DNA of 33,148 nucleotides, from the IMG/VR virus record IMGVR_UViG_2681813271_000008. One strand, 5' to 3'. Of this stretch, positions 18,119 through 26,959 are shown in pieces. Within the stretch, counting starts at the first letter, position 1, and every line of letters begins with the position of its first letter. Origin of the DNA: a virus. Its lineage: Duplodnaviria; Heunggongvirae; Uroviricota; Caudoviricetes. The notes beneath the pieces are model-generated. The model was not told the DNA's origin and did not search any database. It saw only the letters and a program-made list of their open reading frames with translations. A program made the translations under genes and the position numbers.

Positions 18119-18919
18119 TTAACCGCGCTTCGCCTTCTGCGTCGCGGTGGTTTTTCGTGTTGCAGGCTTCCGCGTTGTCTTTTTACTTTCGCTGCTTTCG
18201 TCCTGCGCCTGCTGTGCGCTGGCGTCTTCTGGTGCGGCTGCGGAATCGGCTTTTTTCAGGGCGCGGGAAAGGGTTGCAATCTCGCGTTTCACACCTGCGT
18301 TCTGGTTCAGATGCATCGCTTCGCGCAGCAGCTTCAGTGATGAGGCCATGCTGTCCGCATCGCTCAGGCCACGGCGGGCAAAGGCGCACGCCTTGCATAA
18401 TTTGGCGCGCACTTCGTCCGGCATATCCTGGTTGGCGACAATTTCCCAAAGTGTGTCCAGTGGTTCGATAAAGACGGACAAATCCGCGTCGGCATCCGTC
18501 CCGGCCTGCGTCAGTACCGGATTGCAGATTTCTTCGGTCAGCACTGTGGCAGCAGTACGGCCAAAGTTATCCGGCATGATGAGGTTGTGACGGACCGCAT
18601 ACGCACCAATACGCAGCGCAAGCGGAAGATCGCCGCAGTCAATCGCCCACACCATCAGCGTGGCAATCACTTCGTCCTGTTGCCCGCCGTCAGCCTCCAG
18701 CGTTCCCTCAATCCAGCCGGAAAAGTCCGGCAACAACGCTTTTTTGATGTCGGCTTTCGCGCTTCTGGCCTGTACGCCCTTAAGCCGGGCCTGTGCCAGA
18801 CGCAGACGATACAGCACCTCTTCATGCGCGGTACGCGCGGCGTGGTCCACACCTTCATTCGCCCGGCCTGCGCGCTGTGCCATCACGTTCTGCCAGTGTT
18901 GCTGTGCAGGAGTAATCAT
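18119..18919 (-). CDS. M: Terminase small (endonuclease) subunit M (P2 gpM-like)
   Basis: 266 aa with a basic C-terminal tail; position after the capsid gene N. Confidence 0.8.
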   Translation of the reverse strand: MITPAQQHWQNVMAQRAGRANEGVDHAARTAHEEVLYRLRLAQARLKGVQARSAKADIKKALLPDFSGWIEGTLEADGGQQDEVIATLMVWAIDCGDLPLALRIGAYAVRHNLIMPDNFGRTAATVLTEEICNPVLTQAGTDADADLSVFIEPLDTLWEIVANQDMPDEVRAKLCKACAFARRGLSDADSMASSLKLLREAMHLNQNAGVKREIATLSRALKKADSAAAPEDASAQQAQDESSESKKTTRKPATRKTTATQKAKRG

Positions 18920-18964
18920 TTTTTCTCTCCGTTACAGGCGGGCATGATGCCCGCCGTGAGTTGA

Positions 18965-20017
18965 TTAGCTGTCGGCGAACTTCAGGCCAGTGACCATCGC
19001 GCACTTGCCATAGTCTTCAACGACATAAGCGTCATTGATGGACTGGTAGGTGGCGATGCGGTTGTATTCCGGTTCGTCTTTCATCAGACGACGCATTGAA
19101 CCTTTCTGCCAGTAAATCGACAGGTTGTTGAATGAGGTGATCAGCATCGTTGCATCCGGGAAGAACGGTGCAAGGAACACACCCAGCCCGCCAATGGTGC
19201 GCGATGACAGGATGAGCTGCCCGGCAAGTAATTCCGCATTGGGATTCTGGCCGCTGATGCTGTTCAGCACTGGCAGACGCAGCGAGTTAAACAGGTTGCG
19301 CCCCATAATCACCACGAGGTCGTCAGCTTCCTTGTGCCATTCATCCAGCAGAGATGAGCGCGCGTCCTGTACCAGTGCATCAGGGTTCGCGTATTTACCC
19401 GCGTGCGCCACGGTGTTGTCCATGTTGCGGGAAGTCAGCGTCACGTCATTCATTACGCGCTCGCTGGCATTGGTTCTGATGTGCTCCAGCCACCCCACGT
19501 TAACGTCCTGAAGCAGCTTGTTGGTGCTGAAGTTGGACTCATCCGCGTGAGATGTGCCGTTGAAACCGATCATGATGCGGTCAAGTGCCACCTGTCGGGC
19601 AATCTGTGCGCTGATGCGGGACTGAAAATCGCTGTGTGCCGACCAGGCATCAAGCTGCGGATACGAAATAAACGTGTCGTAGTTCACCTGTTCGCACTGG
19701 TATTTGCGGTTTTTCAGATCAACCACGTTATTCGGGTTACGGCGTTTTGTTCCGTCATAACTGGTATTTGTGCGTGCAATCGGTCCTGTGGTGTCCAGGA
19801 GGATTTTTTCGCCTTTCTGGTCGGTCACGCCGATCACGTTAATTTTTTTTGTAAGTTCGGTGCTATCCTTTGAGGCGTTTTCAAAACGTTGCTGCACCGC
19901 AGGTTCCACGGTAAATCGCGATACCAGTGCAGAAACCGGGATATTGTTAAGCGACGCCTGCTGCGCCATATAGCAACCCAGCTTGTTGCGGGTAATATCT
20001 GACATCACCAGATTCAT
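18965..20017 (-). CDS. N: Major capsid protein N (P2 gpN-like)
   Basis: 350 aa ORF between the scaffold and M; size matches P2 N. Confidence 0.85.
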   Translation of the reverse strand: MNLVMSDITRNKLGCYMAQQASLNNIPVSALVSRFTVEPAVQQRFENASKDSTELTKKINVIGVTDQKGEKILLDTTGPIARTNTSYDGTKRRNPNNVVDLKNRKYQCEQVNYDTFISYPQLDAWSAHSDFQSRISAQIARQVALDRIMIGFNGTSHADESNFSTNKLLQDVNVGWLEHIRTNASERVMNDVTLTSRNMDNTVAHAGKYANPDALVQDARSSLLDEWHKEADDLVVIMGRNLFNSLRLPVLNSISGQNPNAELLAGQLILSSRTIGGLGVFLAPFFPDATMLITSFNNLSIYWQKGSMRRLMKDEPEYNRIATYQSINDAYVVEDYGKCAMVTGLKFADS

Positions 20018-20040
20018 AAAAAATTTGCTCCTTTGTCTTA

Positions 20041-20910
20041 TCAGAAGTCAGCCAGCTGGTCGGAGGCTGCGCCCGTTGCGGTGAACCGGTTCTGCGGATC
20101 GCCGTCCTGCGTGCGCAGTTTTTCCTTCAGTGCTGTCAGCTCCGTGGTCAGTAAAGTGATTTTCTGGCTGTCCTGCTGATGGCGTGTTTCCAGCGCATTA
20201 AAACGGTCGATAATGTCGGCCTGTGACGTTGCGACGCTTTCCACCGCTTCCTGAATACGGGAGAAACTGGCGTCATCCGCTTTGCGGCCACGACCAATAA
20301 TCCCCATTACGCGGTTAAACCACTGGGTGCCTTCTTCCTGGCGTTGTTCTGCCATTTCGATGATTTCAGACTCGATGGCTTCGGAGATAAGCGGTGCTTC
20401 ACCCTGGATACTGTTGAACGTCATCACCGCCTGACGTTGCTGTGCCGTGAATTTCAGGCGCTCAGTGCCCAGGCTTGCCGGGGTGTCGGTCATCGCCAGC
20501 CCGACCAGATAGGCGCGCCCGTTAACGGAGAACTGCGGGTGCAGTTCGATACTGGAATAGATTTTCTTGCCGTCCGCGACAAGCTGCTTCATGCGCTCGG
20601 TCGGTTCGATTTCTGCATACAGCGCAGTACGTCCGGCCAGCGGACCTTCCGTAATGTCTTCCGTACTCAGTGCGGTGACATCGCCCATTGCGGAAAATTC
20701 GCTTGACGGGCATGGCGAGAGATAGTGCTCAACGTTCACGCGGGCAGCGTAAACATCCGGGTTGAAGTTCTCGGCGGCTTCACGCAGATGCACCGGACTG
20801 ATTTCACGGCCATCAACAGTTGATCCGGAGACAGCCACGCGAAACTTTTTGCGGGATGTCTTTTTTTCATTAGCCATAGTTTTTGCCCCTCTGACTGGTT
20901 CTTCAGTCAT
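20041..20910 (-). CDS. O: Capsid scaffolding protein O (P2 gpO-like)
   Basis: 289 aa ORF divergent from terminase P; size matches P2 O. Confidence 0.8.
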   Translation of the reverse strand: MTEEPVRGAKTMANEKKTSRKKFRVAVSGSTVDGREISPVHLREAAENFNPDVYAARVNVEHYLSPCPSSEFSAMGDVTALSTEDITEGPLAGRTALYAEIEPTERMKQLVADGKKIYSSIELHPQFSVNGRAYLVGLAMTDTPASLGTERLKFTAQQRQAVMTFNSIQGEAPLISEAIESEIIEMAEQRQEEGTQWFNRVMGIIGRGRKADDASFSRIQEAVESVATSQADIIDRFNALETRHQQDSQKITLLTTELTALKEKLRTQDGDPQNRFTATGAASDQLADF

Positions 20911-21031
20911 GATGGCAAAGCGTAACAGGCTGATACAAAGGGCTTTTGTTGTAAGAAAACGGCCAGAACAGGGGGTTAAGGAGAACGGTTTCGCGCGCGG
21001 GTAATCTTCCTGTAATTACTCAGGGGGAGCA

Positions 21032-22849
21032 ATGATTCAGGACGCTTTTGTGCGCCAGCGTGCGCGGCAACTTTACTGGCAGGGTTATCCGCCCGCAGAA
21101 ATATCACGTCTGATGGGAATAAACCCGAACACGATTTATGCGTGGAAAAAACGCGACCAGTGGGATGAAACGCCACCCGTGCAGCGTGTCACGCAGTCCA
21201 TCGATGCGCGCCTCATCCAGCTTACTGAAAAACAGAATAAAACAGGTGGTGACTTTAAGGAAATAGANNNNNNNNNNNNNNNNNNNNNNNNNNNNNNNNN
21301 NNNNNNNNNNNNNNNNNNNNNNNNNNNNNNNNNNNNNNNNNNNNNNNNNNNNNNNNNNNNNNNNNNNNNNNNNNNNNNNNNNNNNNNNNNNNNNNNNNNN
21401 NNNNNNNNNNNNNNNNNNNNNNNNNNNNNNNNNNNNNNNNNNNNNNNNNNNNNNNNNNNNNNNNNNNNNNNNNNNNNNNNNNNNNNNNNNNNNNNNNNNN
21501 NNNNNNNNNNNNNNNNNNNNNNNNNNNNNNNNNNNNNNNNNNNNNNNNNNNNNNNNNNNNNNNNNNNNNNNNNNNNNNNNNNNNNNNNNNNNNNNNNNNN
21601 NNNNNNNNNNNNNNNNNNNNNNNNNNNNNNNNNNNNNNNNNNNNNNNNNNNNNNNNNNNNNNNNNNNNNNNNNNNNNNNNNNNNNNNNNNNNNNNNNNNN
21701 NNNNNNNNNNNNNNNNNNNNCGATGTGGAGCTGAAAGGGGGCGATAAAATCATCCTCTCCAACGGCGCAGAGATGCATTTTCTCGGCACTTCTGCTGCGA
21801 CGGCGCAATCTTACACGGGCAATTTTTATTTTGATGAATTTTTCTGGGTCAGTCGCTTTGCTGAACTGCGCAAGGTGGCTGGCGCTATGGCAACCCTCAG
21901 CGGACTGCGGCGCACCTGCTTCTCCACGCCATCCACCGAAACGCACGAGGCATACGCCTACTGGAACGGCGACCGCTGGAACGAGAAAAAGGCCGCGCAT
22001 AAACGCCAGCGTTTTTCTGTGGACTGGAAAACGCTGCATAACGGGCTTATCTGCCCTGACCGGACGTGGCGGCAAATTGTCACGCTGGAAGATGTGGTTA
22101 ATCACGGCTGGAAACACACCGATATTGATGAAATTCGTGATGAAAACACCGAAGACGAGTTCCGCAATCTCTATATGTGTGAGTTTGTCCGCGAAGGGGA
22201 ATCGGCATTTAACCTGAATATCCTGATTGGCTGCGGTGTTGACGGATACGACGACTGGAAAGACTGGAAACCCTTTGCCCCCCGCCCGATGGGGAATCGT
22301 CCGGTATGGATTGGGTATGACGCAAACGGCAGCAGTGGTAACGGCGACAGCGGCGCTGTGTCCGTGGTGGTTCCTCCGGCTGTTCCTGGTGGTCGTTTCA
22401 GAACGGTGGAGACGCGACGCGTTCAGGGGCTGGAATTTGAAGAGCAGGCCAGAGTTATTGAAGAGTTCACGTATCGCTACAACGTGGAACACATCGGCAT
22501 TGATGCGACGGGAGGGCACGGGGATGCCGTCTATCAGATAGTGAAACGGTTTTTTCCCGCCGCCATCCCTTACACCTTCACGCTGTCATCAAAACGGTCG
22601 CTGGTACTGAAAATGCTGCAAATAATGCGTGCCGGGCGGTGGGAATACGATCGCGCCGAACGCGAGCTGGTTGCGGCCTTTAACGCCGTGCGTAAGGTGA
22701 AAACACCGGGCGGTTTTATCACTTACGAAACGGACCGCGCGAGGGGGATCAGCCACGGCGACCTTGCGTGGGCAACCATGCTTGCTGTCATTAACGAACC
22801 GATTGGCGGCGAAGGAGAAAACGAGCGTTTCACGGTTATGGAGTTCTGA
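21032..22849 (+). CDS. P: Terminase large (ATPase) subunit P (P2 gpP-like), interrupted by a 453-N gap
   Basis: 605-codon frame open across the N-run; N-terminal and C-terminal parts present; divergent from O as in P2. Confidence 0.8.
   Translation: MIQDAFVRQRARQLYWQGYPPAEISRLMGINPNTIYAWKKRDQWDETPPVQRVTQSIDARLIQLTEKQNKTGGDFKEIXXXXXXXXXXXXXXXXXXXXXXXXXXXXXXXXXXXXXXXXXXXXXXXXXXXXXXXXXXXXXXXXXXXXXXXXXXXXXXXXXXXXXXXXXXXXXXXXXXXXXXXXXXXXXXXXXXXXXXXXXXXXXXXXXXXXXXXXXXXXXXXXXXXXXXXXDVELKGGDKIILSNGAEMHFLGTSAATAQSYTGNFYFDEFFWVSRFAELRKVAGAMATLSGLRRTCFSTPSTETHEAYAYWNGDRWNEKKAAHKRQRFSVDWKTLHNGLICPDRTWRQIVTLEDVVNHGWKHTDIDEIRDENTEDEFRNLYMCEFVREGESAFNLNILIGCGVDGYDDWKDWKPFAPRPMGNRPVWIGYDANGSSGNGDSGAVSVVVPPAVPGGRFRTVETRRVQGLEFEEQARVIEEFTYRYNVEHIGIDATGGHGDAVYQIVKRFFPAAIPYTFTLSSKRSLVLKMLQIMRAGRWEYDRAERELVAAFNAVRKVKTPGGFITYETDRARGISHGDLAWATMLAVINEPIGGEGENERFTVMEF
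21268..21720. other. Assembly gap (453 N) inside terminase P
   Basis: Run of N read directly. Confidence 1.
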
Positions 22850-23895
22850 TGAGCAGAAAAAATAAAAAAGTGCGCATGAGTTCACGCATTGATCTCGCTG
22901 ATGCGCTCAGGAAAGAATCGTCGCTCAGTGCATTCACATTTGATGGTCCTTACCGCCTGACCGGGCATGACCTGCTGGACAATATGTACTGTGCTGATAA
23001 CGGGCGGTGGTATGAAACCCCGGTGGACTGGTACGGTCTGGCAAGAGCTGCCCGGCAAACGTCCTGGCATCAGTCTGCGCTTTACTTTAAGCGCAATGTA
23101 TTGCTCGGCTGCTATATTCCGCACCCGCTGCTTTCCCGGCAGGATTTCTCGGCGCTGGCGCTGGACTGGTTTGTGTTCGGTAACGCATTCCTTGAGCTTC
23201 GGAGCAATATGCTCGGCGAACCGCTTAAATTACGGCACGCCCTGGCGAAATACATGCGACGCGGAAGCGATCTTGAATCATGGTGGTATGTGCAGGATGG
23301 CAAGGATGCGTTTCAGTTTCGTCCTGGCAAAGTGTGCCACCTGATGAATCCGGATATTAACCAGGAAATCTACGGCATGCCGGAATATCTTGGCGCATTA
23401 CTCTCGGCCAGCCTTTCTCATTCGGCGGACATGTTCAGAAAACTGTACTACGACAACGGATCCCACGCCGGGTGCATCATCTACATCGGTGCAGCGCAGG
23501 TAAACCGCGAAAGCATGGACTCCCTGAAAGAAACGCTACAGGGGGCACGTGGTGGTGGTGCGTTTAAAAACGTGCTCATTCATGCGCCCAACGGGGGCAA
23601 AGAGGGGGTGCAAATTTTGCCGTTCCAGCAGATCACCGCAAAGGATGAGTTCATGAATGTTAAGGCGGCATCCCGTGATGATGTGCTGGCTGCGCACCGC
23701 GTTCCGCCGCAACTGATGGGGGCGATGCCGGGCGAAAAAAGTGCGTTTGGTGATGTGGAGAAGGCCGCGCGGGTTTACGCAATTAACGAGCTGATGCCCG
23801 TCATGGAGGCCATGAAGCACATCAATGACTGGCTTGGCGAAGAGGTGATCCGCTTTAACCCTTACGCACTGTTAGACACCCAGCCCACATCCTGA
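22849..23895 (+). CDS. Q: Portal protein Q (P2 gpQ-like)
   Basis: 348 aa ORF overlapping the end of P; size matches P2 Q. Confidence 0.85.
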   Translation: MSRKNKKVRMSSRIDLADALRKESSLSAFTFDGPYRLTGHDLLDNMYCADNGRWYETPVDWYGLARAARQTSWHQSALYFKRNVLLGCYIPHPLLSRQDFSALALDWFVFGNAFLELRSNMLGEPLKLRHALAKYMRRGSDLESWWYVQDGKDAFQFRPGKVCHLMNPDINQEIYGMPEYLGALLSASLSHSADMFRKLYYDNGSHAGCIIYIGAAQVNRESMDSLKETLQGARGGGAFKNVLIHAPNGGKEGVQILPFQQITAKDEFMNVKAASRDDVLAAHRVPPQLMGAMPGEKSAFGDVEKAARVYAINELMPVMEAMKHINDWLGEEVIRFNPYALLDTQPTS

Positions 23896-23922
23896 CGCGC
23901 TTCGCTTGTCTGCTGCTTCGCC

Positions 23923-23945
23923 GGGGCATAAAAAATTTATGCCCC
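23923..23945 (+). terminator. Stem-loop after portal gene (possible terminator)
   Basis: GGGGCATAAA / TTTATGCCCC inverted repeat 28 nt after the Q stop; no clear U-run, so function is uncertain. Confidence 0.4.
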
Positions 23946-24319
23946 GACTCTCCAGCTCCTGTATCAGTCAGATAATTTCACGACGCTTTCCTGCTGATTG
24001 CCATCATCGACAGTCAGACTCTTACGCAATCCCACCTCGTTGACTGCATATTCTCGCCGTCTCAGTGCGATTTTGACGGCCTTACCTTTCACCCCATCAA
24101 ATCAAAAGCCCTCACGTCTTTTTCACGCTCAGCGTGAGAAATACAGCCATTCTGTTGTATCTCTGCGACATCGTTCAGGGAATGCTATTTACCCCCTGAA
24201 ACGCGGGCTGTTCCCCCGTCACCTGCGCGCAGAAAAAACGCGTTTTTTTGTGCATGCACGGATCCTTGACGGATCCAGCCGCCACGCGGGCCGGAAGGGC
24301 AAAAAGTCGTTCAAAAAAA

Positions 24320-24346
24320 TTGTGCAAATTTGTGCACTATTGTGCA
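24320..24346. repeat. Three direct TTGTGCA repeats at exact 10-bp spacing
   Basis: aTTGTGCAaa tTTGTGCAct aTTGTGCAtt read directly in the non-coding region between Q and the cargo operon. Confidence 0.7.
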
Positions 24347-24386
24347 TTTATAAAATCAACTAAAAAACACCTAGTGTGACTTACCT

Positions 24387-24572
24387 CTACCACTCGATCG
24401 GCACGTAGTCATTAAGTTCCGGAGACCAATTGCACTTTTCACATCTGTGTTTTCCATTCTGGCAGATACATAAACGATAACGGCCACAATGCGGGCACCC
24501 ATTTTCACCATTATCATAATCACCGAGCGACCATTCCTGCATAAGCAGCTCTTCTTCATCATCATTTAGCAT
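24387..24572 (-). CDS. Hypothetical small Cys-rich protein (61 aa, possible zinc ribbon)
   Basis: Strong RBS AGGGGG 5 nt upstream of the ATG; acidic N-terminus, then C-x2-C-x5-C-x-C-x6-C-x2-C. Confidence 0.5.
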   Translation of the reverse strand: MLNDDEEELLMQEWSLGDYDNGENGCPHCGRYRLCICQNGKHRCEKCNWSPELNDYVPIEW

Positions 24573-24586
24573 TAATCCCCCTTGAG

Positions 24587-24826
24587 CTATTTACTCTTCT
24601 CGGCCCTCAAAATCATACGAGAACCATCATCCAGCTCCCAATTAATTTCACCGCCTTCTGCCATGACTAGATGCCAAACGAGTTGAGCGGCCTCGTTGGT
24701 TACATCGCGACCGCGATCATTTCCTACGCGGCGTTTTGTTCCGTCTCCTAAGTCACGCATTTTTGCCAATACGATGGTTTTTGATAGCGGTGAAAAACCA
24801 AGCTGTAGTCGTGCTGAATTACTCAC
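24587..24826 (-). CDS. Hypothetical protein (79 aa)
   Basis: ORF whose start overlaps the stop of the upstream 174-aa ORF by 4 nt; 14 bp ahead of the 61-aa gene. Confidence 0.5.
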   Translation of the reverse strand: MSNSARLQLGFSPLSKTIVLAKMRDLGDGTKRRVGNDRGRDVTNEAAQLVWHLVMAEGGEINWELDDGSRMILRAEKSK

Positions 24827-25347
24827 TGGCTGCCCCCTTTGTACTGTGTTAACTCTTCCTGCTCCTGCATCATGCGATTGACCTGAACGCGTGTGCGTCG
24901 AACGGCAAAATTAAATTGAAACATGAGCCGGAACATTTCTGATGCTTCCGTGTGAGCATCACGGATAGGTGACAGGCGGTACAGTTCTGCCTCCGTAGCT
25001 TGTTGAATCAATGACAGATCAAATTGAAGTGCGGGTCTGGTACATTTTGCACATCTGGCAGCAAGCTCCGGTATTAGTCTCTTAACGAAGGTGTTTTGCA
25101 CCGCTTTGTTGATTTGTGTCTGCATCCAAATCGCAAATTTCAGCGAACGCATAAGTTTGATAGCCTCGGGCAGCGGCAGATAGATCATGCTGGTAGATTT
25201 GGGTGGTTGGTGAACCATCTTCACGGATACGCGATTTCGCAGCGTTCGGAAAATCGTGTTCCCAACAACAGCTTCTACGGATACAGGACAGGGAGCCAGA
25301 CCAGCCCGCAGTGCTTCTTTCATTAGCATGTATTCGTATTTTTTCAT
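24823..25347 (-). CDS. Hypothetical protein (174 aa)
   Basis: ATG preceded by GAGGAA, 60 bp downstream of parR; no family recognised. Confidence 0.55.
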   Translation of the reverse strand: MKKYEYMLMKEALRAGLAPCPVSVEAVVGNTIFRTLRNRVSVKMVHQPPKSTSMIYLPLPEAIKLMRSLKFAIWMQTQINKAVQNTFVKRLIPELAARCAKCTRPALQFDLSLIQQATEAELYRLSPIRDAHTEASEMFRLMFQFNFAVRRTRVQVNRMMQEQEELTQYKGGSQ

Positions 25348-25407
25348 CGTGTTTTCCTCGTGCGGGGCGACAGTGCACCCCGATAAAATTAAAAGCCGTC
25401 AAATTCG

Positions 25408-25719
25408 TCATTCAGGAAATAATGCCCGGATATTCCCTGCTATCTGACTGGTTATCTGTGCGGTTGGTACTGGCTGTGGCACGGGGCGTTCTGTCCTGGT
25501 TTGTGTCACCGATAACGCCTCATCGTCAGCCCATGCAGCCAGTCGGTAAGCCTCTGCTGGATTCATTTTCAGAAGTGCCAGCCCGGCCAGAAAAGCCACG
25601 CGTTGGCCGCTTTTGCGGGCTTCTGGTGTAAGGCTGCCCAGCCAGGCGCATGCTTCGCTTTCGTTCTTGACGGCCGCAGGCTTCAGATAGAAACTTATCC
25701 GTCTGGTTGGTGTCGTCAT
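25408..25719 (-). CDS. parR: ParR-like partition adaptor (DNA-binding)
   Basis: Start ATG 25717..25719 after AGGAG, 5 nt beyond the parM stop; RRISFYLKPAAV...SGQRVAFLAGLALL resembles my recollection of R1 ParR (RRTIAFKLNPDV...NRAALTAGLALY). The longer track ORF overlaps parM. Confidence 0.65.
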   Translation of the reverse strand: MTTPTRRISFYLKPAAVKNESEACAWLGSLTPEARKSGQRVAFLAGLALLKMNPAEAYRLAAWADDEALSVTQTRTERPVPQPVPTAQITSQIAGNIRALFPE

Positions 25720-25723
25720 TGGT

Positions 25724-26683
25724 TTACTCCTTGTCCATTGCGTACAGCCCATTAACCAGAGCAAACTGTGGCACCCCGTCCGCGATGAAAGTCGCATTAA
25801 CTCCGCAGGCTTCGCGGATAGCGGGTGCCACAATCTCCGCCCCTCCACCGACAACCATCACCCGCCCGTAACCCGAAAAACCCGCCAGCGCGCGGATCAC
25901 GCGTTGTTTCAGTGTTTCTTCCTTTTCACGAATAACCGCCATCAGGCTGGCGTAATGCGCGTCATTGTGGATGTGCTGGCGCAGCCAGGCTTCATCATGG
26001 CGATGTTCGATAATGGTATTGGCGATGTGGTGACTGGTGCGCATACCGTTAGTGGCCATCACCGACAGTACGGCATCGGCCATCAGAGAAACGCCTACGT
26101 GTGGATCGCAAAACACCTGGCTGATACCTGCCAGTTGCCCCTGAACCTTTGCCACATCCAGCGTGGTTCCGCCCAAATCCACAATCAGCAGGGATTCAAA
26201 CGGACTCATGTCAGCCAGTGCCTTAAAGCCAGCCGGAATGGATTCAGGCATAACCCGCACGTTACGGATAGTGAATGCTTCGCCGTTCTGGTACTCCACC
26301 GGGCGCATAACGTTCGCTTTTTTGCGGTTGATGTTGGCCATGTCCGGCTGTGCGTTTGTGTCGAAATACTCGCTCAGTGGCAGGGTGACAACCACATCCA
26401 CCTCCTGTGGCGTGATGCCTGATTTGACCAGCGCGTGATGAATGGCAATGACATTTACATCGCTGTACTGGTATTGCGTGTCGGTTGTCTGGACAAAGCG
26501 ATCGCTGACCGGATCAAAACCATAGCGCACGCCATCAAGCATGTAGTTCGCGGGCTGCATGCCACCGAACGGCGCAGACCATTCCGACTTGAAGCTGTTC
26601 GGGCTGATGGCGTTGCGGCGTTCGCCGTTCTCAGTCCATGCCAGCTTGATGTTGGTGGAGCCGTCGTCGATACAAATTTTCAT
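25724..26683 (-). CDS. parM: ParM/StbA-like actin-type partition ATPase
   Basis: 319 aa; actin-fold motifs IDDGSTNIKL, LIVDLGGTTLD, VMVVGGGAEIV and RKKANVM; collinear with my recollection of plasmid R1 ParM along the whole length. Confidence 0.85.
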   Translation of the reverse strand: MKICIDDGSTNIKLAWTENGERRNAISPNSFKSEWSAPFGGMQPANYMLDGVRYGFDPVSDRFVQTTDTQYQYSDVNVIAIHHALVKSGITPQEVDVVVTLPLSEYFDTNAQPDMANINRKKANVMRPVEYQNGEAFTIRNVRVMPESIPAGFKALADMSPFESLLIVDLGGTTLDVAKVQGQLAGISQVFCDPHVGVSLMADAVLSVMATNGMRTSHHIANTIIEHRHDEAWLRQHIHNDAHYASLMAVIREKEETLKQRVIRALAGFSGYGRVMVVGGGAEIVAPAIREACGVNATFIADGVPQFALVNGLYAMDKE

Positions 26684-26705
26684 GTCGCTTTTCCTTATGT
26701 TGATT

Positions 26706-26827
26706 AATTAATCGTTTACGGGATTCTGAAATCCCGTTTTTGCCTGTTTTGTGCGCGCTTCATATATCGCTGCGCGTTTTTTGCTCATTTACGGGATTCG
26801 TGAGTCCCGTTTCTGTCTGTTTTTTGT
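26706..26827. repeat. Two copies of a roughly 42-bp repeat, each with a palindrome ACGGGATT-n4-AATCCCGT, upstream of parM (candidate operator / parC-like region)
   Basis: Palindromes at 26712..26731 and 26791..26810, 79 bp apart; the first overlaps a -35-like TTCAGA of the putative parM promoter on the minus strand. Confidence 0.6.
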
Positions 26828-26959
26828 TTCCACTGGTCAGGCCACCCCGCAGCAGGTCTGCTTTGCGGCGGGCGCGTTCAGTGGTTTCACTGATTCTCTG
26901 TGCGTGCTCTGCGTCGCGGATGGCGCGCAGCATGTCAGAAAGCACGGTAACGGGTGTTT

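Noticed and set aside
21104-22519. 471-aa minus-strand ORF inside the terminase P region
   Set aside because: It runs through the 453-N gap and is antisense to terminase; an artefact of the N-run and frame openness.
23998-24363. 121-aa plus-strand ORF in the portal-to-cargo intergenic region
   Set aside because: Low-complexity basic translation across a region rich in palindromes and repeats where cos is expected; more likely non-coding.
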